Origin: Octopus bimaculoides
Lineage: Eukaryota
Direction: 5' to 3'
Assembly: GCF_001194135.2 (NCBI RefSeq)
Contig: NC_068990.1
Coordinates: 72,968,220 to 73,032,219, forward strand
DNA: 64,000 bases
A program made the position numbers and the translations under genes. Shown here piece by piece: positions 54,744-64,000 of this stretch. How positions within the stretch are numbered: the first letter of the stretch is position 1; every line of letters starts with the position of its first letter. The notes beneath the pieces were generated by a model. The model did not search any database. It was given only the letters and a program-made list of their open reading frames with translations, and was not told where the DNA came from.

Positions 54744-55060
54744 ACACACACACACACACTTTCTTATTACATGATTCTTTTGCAGTAATTCTGCTTCAGT
54801 TATTACTAATCACTTGCTTATGATATTTGTTAATTTACTTCTCCGCATCCATTCTTCTTATACATTCACATCATCGTATGTAGTTTATTCTTCTGAAAAC
54901 AGTGCTTGATGTTCTCAGTTCCCAGTAGTGTTTTAGCTCTTCTGAACTTAGTCAATTACCTAGGTTCACATTATACACTTGCCAGTTCTTCAACTTCAGA
55001 AAATACTTCAAACCTTAACTGCTTTTCATCTACTAATAATTGCAGGTCAACACAGATTCT
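54520..55060 (-). mobile_element. Highly decayed RTE-like RT fragment
   Basis: Minus strand WENKCKKNEDEHDIRTVEMDFI* loosely resembles the RTE WTLxKxxExKIxAxEMxFLRR motif. Confidence 0.3.
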
Positions 55061-55196
55061 GCTTTATGCGTCGTTGCTAAATATGACTTAATTGGGACCC
55101 CAATTGAAGCATTCAAACATAACCATAATCTCTTTGCTGAGCACTCCACTGATTACCTTTCCTAATACAACTCGTAGTAAAAGAAGATAAAAATCT

Positions 55197-55280
<84 letters not shown>

Positions 55281-56314
55281 TACATACATACATATACATA
55301 GATACACACACATATACATATAATTTATAATGGAAAGTTTCTGTATGTATATATGTGTTTTCATGCAAATGTCATTCCTAATGAGTTCATGAATAGACTA
55401 AAAAGGACCCCGTTTGTGACACATAGATTCGAACAGAGTACATAAAATATATAGTGGAATGCTTTTCCTCGCTATTCCAGCCTTTGATCTCTTCTGCAGC
55501 TCCTCAGAGAATGAATTTAATGGGTTTCCAGGTTTATATAGGCCTACTATATAATGGAGGAAAACATCTAAATGTGATAATTAAAAGTAACAAAAAAAAA
55601 GAAAAAAATAGGAATAGCTAAATAGTTTCTGGTTACATATAAGTTAAATATATGTAGATAGATTTATCTTGACAAATAATATTGATTATGATTATAAACC
55701 AACGGGGTCCCACTTAAAATGAATAAAAAACAGAAATATTTGGTAGATCCATTCTTTAAGTTTCCTTTCAAATAATTCAAACTTGTGGATTTTTTTGATG
55801 TATTCAAGACAATCATTCTAGTATAGTTTTGATTGAAAATGAAGCAGTCCTGCAGGATGACACAATTATCTCAGCTGCAAGTTGTGAATTAAATGCTGTT
55901 TAAACAAAATAAATTTGTCTTTTGAAACTGTCCATTTTGAAGAGAATAGCTCCAAACTTTTGCTTAATTATTTAACACATCAACAAAGAGACAAAAAATA
56001 AAACCTTTTGCTGATAAAATACTTTATGATTAGTGTATCTGTATTGCAATAATGATGGCTAATATGGTCATTATACCGAAGATGGTTATGATATAACCAG
56101 AAGTTAGAGAAACACATTTAGTTGTAAACACAGTATTTACAAATTTCAACTTTTTACATCTTGTCACAAAAATTCGCTCTTACATCTGGGAACTTGGTTG
56201 CTTAAAGTGTTTAGATAGAAAAGCTTGTCAGAAGAAATATATAACTAAGATAAACAATGTCATGTTTTTGGGGTTTTCTTTTTTTTTTTTTGTAATTAGA
56301 GAGATGTAAAGAGG

Positions 56315-56321
56315 TAGATAG

Positions 56322-56398
<77 letters not shown>

Positions 56399-56410
56399 CA
56401 GGTAGACAGG
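56315..56410. repeat. (AGAT)n microsatellite; another at ~55248-55280
   Basis: Direct reading. Confidence 0.95.
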
Positions 56411-56524
56411 TATGGAACAAGAAGGGTAGGACGTCTAACCAGAAATTGCTCATGGTCAGCTTAGTGTGTAGAGGAGAAGGAGGAAATGGCGTTTAGAACT
56501 TTTTTTTTTTTTTTACTATTTTAC

Positions 56525-56715
56525 AATCTTCAGCCATTGACTCTGGCCATGCCAGGGTGCACTGCTTTGACAAGTTTAGTCAATCAAATTGACCTCAACA
56601 CTTTTTTCTTTTAAGTCTGGTACTTTTTCCATTGGTCCTTCTTGACTGAACTACCATGTCACAAGGTTGAAAACAAATCGACATCGGATGTCAATTAATG
56701 AGAGACAAACACAAA
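56525..56715 (-). mobile_element. SINE family A, 3' half
   Basis: Reverse complement of the tail. Confidence 0.65.
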
Positions 56716-56804
56716 CTCTCTCTCCTTCACTAAAACAGCAACAAGAGATCATCAAATGCAGTCAAATGCATTGTATTAAATACTTCTGAGTGAAAATGAA
56801 TATT

Positions 56805-57016
56805 GGTTTCAAATTTGACACAAGGCCAGTAAGTTCAGGGGAGGAGATAAGTTGATGACATCGATCCCAGTCTTCAAGTAGTACTTAATCTATTGACCCC
56901 AAAATATGAAGGACAAACTCAGCCTCGGTGAAATTTGAACTCAGAATGTAAAGAGAGATGAAACACCACTAAGCATTTTGCCTGTTGTATTAACGATTCT
57001 ACCAGTTCACTACCTT
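56805..57016 (-). mobile_element. SINE family B
   Basis: Near full-length reverse-complement copy. Confidence 0.8.
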
Positions 57017-57268
57017 TAACTGAAGATGAATATCGAGAACTAGAAATAATGCAATTCTTGTACCTATATGCATGTGTGAGTGTGTGTGTGCATGTGTGAG
57101 TGTTCTGCATTCCATAACCAGTTAGAATATTGTGCCCAAATTCATCATACAAACAATGAAATAAAAATCTTATTTTCTATTTTTGATAGCTGTTAATTTG
57201 AGAAGTACTGAAAAAGATTTCAGAGATGTATATTTACACCTACACACACACACATGTATATATGTACA

Positions 57269-57491
57269 TGAGGGGTGGGGGTGCTGAAAAGTTCTCTGTA
57301 TGTAAGGGTAATGCAAAAAGCCTGGTTAGAGGCCCAACCTTTCAAGTTCTTTTACAGGATTTAGAAAAACTGAAGGACCAGTGCAATAAGTGTGTGAATT
57401 TAAGAGGGGAATACATTGGATAAAATCATAATTAACTGATCCTCTTGTATTTTCTTTCACCAAAAACCAGAAATTTTTCAGCACCCACTCA
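57269..57491 (+). mobile_element. Mariner-derived MITE retaining the transposase C-terminus
   Basis: TIRs tgagggg(tgggg)gtgctgaaaagtt and aaatttttcagcacccactca followed by TA. Internal frame LLQDLEKLKDQCNKCVNLRGEYIG* resembles the mariner C-terminal motif (xxLxxRWxKCVxxxGxYxE). Confidence 0.8.
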
Positions 57492-57494
57492 TAT

Positions 57495-57560
57495 ACAGAT
57501 ACACACACATGCATACATATATATATATATACATACACACGTACATATATATACATATAT

Positions 57561-57598
<38 letters not shown>

Positions 57599-57745
57599 CA
57601 TACATACATATATACACATGTACATATATATATACATATACATACATATACTTTATACATATACTTATATACATATTATATACACATGCATATATATATA
57701 TACACATATATATACATATATATACATATGTATGTCTATATATAT
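57495..57745. repeat. Cryptic (TA/CA)-rich simple repeat; similar tracts at ~4395-4565, 32860-33100 and 62310-62830
   Basis: Direct reading; source of many spurious ORFs. Confidence 0.9.
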
Positions 57746-58450
57746 GTTTGAATCTATATATACTGACATGCAATAATATAACATTGATTTCTATTTACCA
57801 ACTAGATGTATTCATAGGGTTTCCATCGATATATATACTGATAACTGTATGTACATCTAAAACAAACGGGGAAAACATATTCTCATAAACAGTTTATTGC
57901 AGCGATATTATTGAATGAACTTCTCAGGTGTTTCACAGTGGATTTAATTGGAGGAGTGCAGTGTGTTTTCTCACTTCAAAATGTCTATGCAGTCTCTAAT
58001 TATTTAATAATGTGTATCTGTAGGAATTCCAAGAACCAGCTATCTATTGATATAAATAGGTGAAAGAAACTAAAGACCTTTTTTTTTTGTTTTGAGGTGT
58101 ATGTCACCTGAAAAAAAAGTCTGCTCTTTCCAAAATTTAATTCAATATGTCAGAATCCACACACACACCTTTCAAAACTAAATCCACTGCTAAGTAGCAT
58201 CATCATCTTTATCATTTTAATGTCCACTTTTCTATAATTGCAGGCAGATTTTTTTATGGCTGGATACCCTTCCTGTCACCAACCCTTATCTATGTTCTTG
58301 CAGTATATCAGAAATGATTAACACTGCTTGTATCACTGTAGCAATCATTAACAGCTATCATGCAAATGTCAAGACAAGGAGATACAAAAGCACATACATG
58401 TACTTACATTCACACACACATACACATACGCACACACATACACACACTAA

Positions 58451-58610
58451 GATGGGCTTCTTTCAGTTTCGGTCTACTGCATCCACTCAGTGCTATAGTA
58501 GAAGACATTTGGCCCAGTGCTATAGTAGAAGATATTTGCATAATGTGCTATGCAGTAGGATTGAACTCAGAACCATGTAGTTTGGAAACAAACTTCTTAC
58601 CACACAACCT
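58451..58610 (-). mobile_element. SINE family A, 5' half with internal ~26-bp duplication
   Basis: cagtgctatagtagaagacatttg is duplicated in tandem at ~58489-58540. Confidence 0.7.
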
Positions 58611-59442
58611 ACCTTCTAACAAAATCAAGACCTATTATAAAACCCATCTTATAAGTTCACACAAAAAGATGGTTAACACGCTGGTTATTTCAATGTGTGC
58701 ACACATCTTTCATTTATGTGCAAAAATATTTTTTTTATATTTCATAACCATGATAGATATTTCAAACAAAGTTTCAAATTTATTTACAATATTTTTGAAA
58801 AATAGTTTTGGCTGAATTGTAATCTCGGATGCTCAATGTATAGAAATCCAAAGAAATTTTTGGAGAAAACACCTTAAATATACAACATAGTTATACAAGT
58901 GCTTATTCTATGACATGTCTACATCTAGGCCTTCACCCATTTTGCCTCCGCTAGTCTCAATCTGCTGTCCCTCTTGCCTCACTCTGATTAGTCACTGCAT
59001 CATGCCACCAGAAAGCTTGAGTAACAAGAGACTGTAATCAGATGTGCTGGTATACAATTCACTCCATCATTTACCCTCTTGTAAAGCAAGCCATCACTTT
59101 CTCACTCAGGCTATTCTTTCAATGATACCTATCACTCTCTTACTATTGCTGTCCCAATCATGCTTTATTCACTCTCTCTCTCTCTCTATCACACACACAC
59201 ACGCTGTCTTCCATTTTACTCTTGCTTCTGCATCACCTTAATGCACCTTCCACAACTGATTTCTCTGCTATTTGCTTTGCTTCAAGAAACTGAAGATTCA
59301 TTTGTCTTTCTATGGCTGGATGCACTTCATGTTGCCAAATGTAGCTGTTTCCAAGCAAGGTTATATCCCCCCACCCAGTCTATCAAACAATGAACAGCTG
59401 AGATATGCTTTTGTAGAGGATTGTAAATAATGGTCACCATTG

Positions 59443-59640
59443 TTTAGCATGCTGGATGAAATGCTTAGCAGTATTTCACCTGTCGCTACATTCTGAGTTC
59501 AAATTCTGAGATCAACTTTCCCTTTCATCCTTTCAGGGTCGATAAATTAAGAACCAGTTCAGTACTGGGGTCCGTGTAATCGACTGACTCCCTCCCCCCA
59601 CAAATTTCAGGCCTTGTGTCTATAGTAGAAAGGATTGTTA
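59443..59640 (+). mobile_element. SINE family B inserted into a LINE-tail repeat
   Basis: Family B body; flanks on both sides continue the D-variant tail repeat (~59230-59670). Confidence 0.75.
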
Positions 59641-59779
59641 GGAACGATGACTGTTCACAATTAGCACACACACACACGCATTTCATTTTCCTTCATACAC
59701 AGTAGATACTACTGAAACTCTACACAAATGAAAACATTATATATATAAGCACGTCACCACACACACACACATGTTCACA

Positions 59780-60300
59780 AAAATACTATCGTGAGTACCC
59801 CATTCCCACTGTCCCTCCCTTGCTAGCTCTCTCCTTCCCTTGTTCTTTCCCACCCCCCATTTTCTCTCTTCCAACTTATTCTTATTATCTTCTCCTTATT
59901 CTCTCTTTGTCCTTCTATTCCCTCTTATTCTCACTGACATCTAGACTGTATGGACATTCCCACTGGCAGCTTTCATTCTACCCTAGATCTGCCATGTAAA
60001 CAGATATCTTAAATCTGGTACATTTTCTTTCTTTTTAATGCTTCTTTCACTTCTCCTTCCTCCCTCTGATAAAGGGTATCACTAGAAATGTAAGATTCCT
60101 TTCAGTTTCTGACATATTCTTCATTGTATACTTCTTTGATTATTGTTTTTTGCCTTACATGTCTACACTTTTCCAATTACATGTTTTCCCTGTCAGTTCT
60201 CAAGTATTATATGTTTGTTTCTCTCCCCTTTATCTCATTATCTTACTTATATTATTAATTGACAACTGATATAACACTAGAGTGTTTGTACTAAAATGCA
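59780..60300 (+). mobile_element. Possible Penelope-like element 3'/pLTR remnant
   Basis: CT-rich block followed by ctgataaagggtatcactagaaatgtaag, a decayed version of the CTGATGAAGGG...CCCGAAACG hammerhead signature of Penelope pLTRs. No PLE coding remnant recognised. Confidence 0.35.
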
Positions 60301-60689
60301 TATAACACTGTGTAACGAAATTCTTTTTCTTTTTTTGTCTCTTCTGTTTCCTATTTGCTCCTATCTAGAAATCAAAGGAAATGACTATTGTTCCCTTCAA
60401 ACTTTGCTCTTGTGACTGGAACATCAATGTTTTGAAACTGACCTATTTTCCATTACATTTCAGACAGATTCAGTGCTAAGTTGCTAAAGCAGAAATATCA
60501 CTATAGCAAATATTCAGCTTAATACCAAATTTGCTTGTCAGTTGCTTGACCTTAACCACTTGAGCATATTCCTTAGTAGCTGACAATATGTGCAAGAGCA
60601 GTGAGGGAGCATCAAAGCCAAGTGTTGAGAGGGATTCTTTTGGGTTTTAGATAAATGTAAAAAAAATCGCAGTCATGACAGATACCGGC

Positions 60690-60940
60690 ATCATACAAAT
60701 TGGCACCCATGCCGGTGGCACATAAACACACCCTGGTGTCACGCAAATGGCACCTGCACCAGTGGCCTATAAAAGCACCCATTACACTCTTGGAGTGGTT
60801 AGTGTTAGGAAGGGTATCCAGCTGTAGAAAACCATACCAAATCAGACTGGACTCTGGTGCAGCCTTCCAGCATGCAAACCCAGTCAAACTATCCAACTCA
60901 TGCCAGCATGGACAATGGACGTTAAATGATGATGATGATA
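60690..60940 (+). mobile_element. Tail repeat D
   Basis: gagtggttagtgttaggaagggtatccagctgtagaaaacc...ggacgttaaatgatgatgatgat. Confidence 0.8.
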
Positions 60941-60954
60941 TAAATACATATATA

Positions 60955-61831
60955 CAGGGTGTGGTGAATATGTTGTCGTCTAAATTACGCAAAAATGAAA
61001 ATAACACTGTCATCTTATTTTAACAGATATATTTACCAAAATTACATAAAAATATCTTGAAATACTGAAGAGTAAATTTATTCAATAAAATTGTCATTGG
61101 CTTCAACCACAGCCTCCAGACAACTTCAGAATCTCCTGCAACTCTTCTGGGTGGTCTGCTTAAGTTGGTGAATGCTGCCATAATCCTTGCCTTCAGTTTA
61201 TCTTTGGTGTTACAAGGAGTTTTGTTGCTCTCTTGCTCAACTGCGCCCCACGCATAATAAATAAGGGTGATGCAGTCTGGAGAGTTAGGTGGCCAGATGT
61301 TAGGAGTGATGTGGTCGCAGAAATTGCTTGATAGCCATGACTGGGTTCTGCTTGTGTGACATGGTGCAGCATCCTGTTGCCAGACATAGGGTCTTCTTGC
61401 AGCCATCCTCTTCACCAAGAGCAGTACTACCTCCTCTAAGCACTTGATGTAGGCCTCCATGTTGAGTCTGAGGCCGTGTGGGAAGATGAATGAGGACATA
61501 ACATCGCCATCACTAGTGATCACTCCAAACACCTTGATGTTGACTGGATGTTTGCTTTTTATTAAACTCGGCACATGTTTTGGGGACACTGCAAGCCAAT
61601 GGTTGTTCTGTGTGTTCACCATCTGTTTGTACTGGAGTTCCTGGCATGAATGCCAAATAGTACAGCATGTCATTTCCAAATTTCTGGCAGAGTGAATTGC
61701 ATCATGGTGCTGTTTTTCTCACAAGTGGTGACCAACTGACCCTACTATACAGTGTAGTTGATCATAAACAAACAATGTGCATGCACAAAATTAAAAATAT
61801 AAAATTGTGACAATTTACTCATCAGCCCCTA
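60955..61831 (-). mobile_element. Internally deleted Tc1/mariner element of the DD37D (maT-like) group
   Basis: Degenerate TIRs (cagggtgtggtgaatatgttgtcg vs reverse complement of right end taggggctgatgagtaaattgtca, 16/24) flanked by TA. Transposase remnant inside. Confidence 0.8.
61078..61705 (-). pseudogene. DD37D-type transposase pseudogene
   Basis: Minus strand reads KHPVNIKVFGVITSDGDVM...YVWQQDAAPCHTS...WPPNSPDCITLIYYAWG...LEAVVEANDNFIE*. The third catalytic D (expected NPLDY) reads ITLIY, 36 residues after the second D. N-terminus MMQFTLPEIWK* is joined directly to QMVNTQNNHWL. Stops and frameshifts present. Confidence 0.88.
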
Positions 61832-62322
61832 TATATATAAATATATATATTCATGGTAGAGGCCTTGGTCTCGGGACCACTCATGTCTAGAAACTGAGGT
61901 TGGGGGTAAGCAAAGGCATGCTCCCCATAGAATATTCAGCTCCAAAAGGAGCCTCATGATAGCACCAGCCAGCCCAAAGGTTGGGATGGGCTGCACCTGC
62001 CTACTTCAGTTGCTATGGCATTGAGGTAGATCCAGCCACGCCCATTAACGGGAACAAACCCAAATTTAAAACACTGGATGATCACACATACACACACACA
62101 CATATATAGGTATGTGTGCATGCATCTGAAAATAGTGGTTAAATTTGTATTGTTTACCCTTTTAAAATGAGTTTAGTCCAGACCCATACCAGATACTGCA
62201 TGCACCATAATTTCAAAAAAGGGTTTTTCTGCAAAGGTACTGACAAGAAATATTCATTCTGTCAGACTCTGCATAAAGAGTAGATAACCATCTATACATA
62301 TACACATGTATACATATAATCC

Positions 62323-62370
<48 letters not shown>

Positions 62371-62400
62371 ATATATATATATATACATATATATGTTCAT

Positions 62401-62455
<55 letters not shown>

Positions 62456-63240
62456 CAAGCATAATGCGCGCCTAATAACAAATACACCTTGTTCATTTCA
62501 CCTGTCTTCAGGGGTGGGGTACAATTTTGAACCATATATAAATATATATTATATATATCAACAAGTATAGAATGCATATTATATACATATAAGATTATAT
62601 ATATATACATAAGTATATATACACAAAAAATGCATGTTTATATATTTGTACACACATTTATATACGGTTATAAACATATAACTATTATACACACACACAC
62701 ACGCTCATATCATAAACATATATACATATAGAATACATATAATATAAATATGTATGTATATATATATATATATACATAACACACATATACGTAACTACTT
62801 ACCTACCTACATACACACATACACGTACGTATTAAATGCACACTCGAATGCATTATAGATGGATGCATACAGACACTTTCACATACGCATGGTATGTCTC
62901 CTATGCAGGTGAGGCCACTGCATAGCTCAGATCAACCTCAACGCATGAGAAACGCAAAGATAATTTCCAAACTCTTTTAGAGGACCCATACATACAACTG
63001 AATCCTGTGGCGCTCAGCAATCGTACCCATGTGAAACGATTTATGACACTTCGCTGTCACAAGGCAGTCGGCAGAACCATAAGCGCGTGGGAACCACATG
63101 TCAGTACATGCGATTAAAATGTGTTCGATTCCTATCGATATCATATTTGTTTTCTCTGTCCGGGAACTAATGAAACCAAGAACTAAGATTAATTTAATGT
63201 TTCATATTAAAAAGAAACAAATTCCTATAAATAAATATAT

Positions 63241-63566
63241 GAGTTCAGTCCATTGTGCAGCATCAACCCCGGACAGATCAAAGCCTAGTGAGTGGATTTA
63301 ATAGACATAAGGTGAAAGAAGCCCGTCGTGTGTGTGTGTGTGCGCGCGCGCACATACGTACGTACGTATGTATATTCTCACCACTGCTTGGCAACCGGAG
63401 TTGGTTTGCTTACAATCCCGTATATTAGTGGTTCAGCAAAAAAGACCACAATAGAATAAGTACCGGACTTCAAAAAAAAAAAAAGTACTGAGATCGAATT
63501 TGTTCGTCTATAATGCCTTTAGGGCGCTGCTCCAGCACAGCCTCAGTTCAATGACTGAAACAAGAA
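63241..63566 (+). mobile_element. SINE family A, 5'-truncated
   Basis: Core and tail with retained CpGs. Confidence 0.75.
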
Positions 63567-63629
<63 letters not shown>

Positions 63630-63630
63630 A

Positions 63631-63780
63631 GTGGGGGAGACCAGTTCCTGGGGTTACCCTGAGTTTCACGCCCATAAGGGGTTAAGCCTTTTTAAAAAGG
63701 CCAGCAGTATTTGGGGTCTGAAGATAGCCACCCCTTATGAGCGAGTAACCCAGGGTAACCCTATAAACCGGTCTCCCCAT
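63631..63780. mobile_element. TA-flanked MITE with ~50-bp TIRs
   Basis: Arms 63631-63681 and 63731-63780 are about 80% complementary, with TA on both sides. Confidence 0.65.
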
Positions 63781-63847
63781 TAAAATATTAACTGCTCTAC
63801 ATCTTAGAGTGTGCTTCTTCCTCCGTATTTATGTATTTCTACAAACG

Positions 63848-63887
<40 letters not shown>

Positions 63888-64000
63888 CTGAGGGTTGGAT
63901 CTCACTCACGTGTTTCTCCCCCATCGGTCCCCCCGCAACCGCCATCCCCGTAGCATCTAAAACAGCTACAGGGATATAGAAATGCAAGTGGTGGTGGTGG

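Noticed and set aside
4337-63783. Dozens of ORF-track entries rich in YI, HT or CV dipeptides, and long X-filled ORFs (11006-11694, 22470-23558)
   Set aside because: Translations of (TA)n/(CA)n microsatellites or N gaps, not genes.
1-64000. CRISPR array, rRNA, telomeric array, multi-gene system
   Set aside because: No repeat-spacer array, rRNA similarity, (TTAGGG)n tract or intact gene cluster seen.

Overview
AT-rich, microsatellite-dense eukaryotic genomic DNA with five assembly gaps. The repeat landscape (several tRNA-derived SINE families, RTE/CR1 LINE remnants, TTAA MITEs) most resembles an octopus (coleoid cephalopod) genome; this is an inference from recalled repeat sequences, not a database result. 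I could not support any host protein-coding exon, RNA gene or CRISPR array. The window reads as intronic or intergenic DNA. Recognisable content: a ~2.2 kb internally deleted Helitron with RepHel remnants and a CTAG 3' end (45825-48008); an internally deleted DD37D/maT-type Tc1/mariner element (60955-61831); a mariner-derived MITE; piggyBac-type, hAT-type and TA-flanked MITEs; decayed RTE and CR1 fragments; roughly 40 SINE or LINE-tail copies. The features most worth a second look are fold-back DNA: a 248-bp ungapped palindrome (49532-49779), a ~550-bp nested inverted repeat enclosing a 41-bp-stem hairpin (34031-34583), concentric inverted SINE pairs (16465-18500) and a decayed hammerhead-like motif (60066-60116). 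If transcribed, these could form dsRNA. I found no evidence for a new multi-gene system. All identities were counted by eye, and repeat boundaries are approximate unless a TSD or TIR is quoted.
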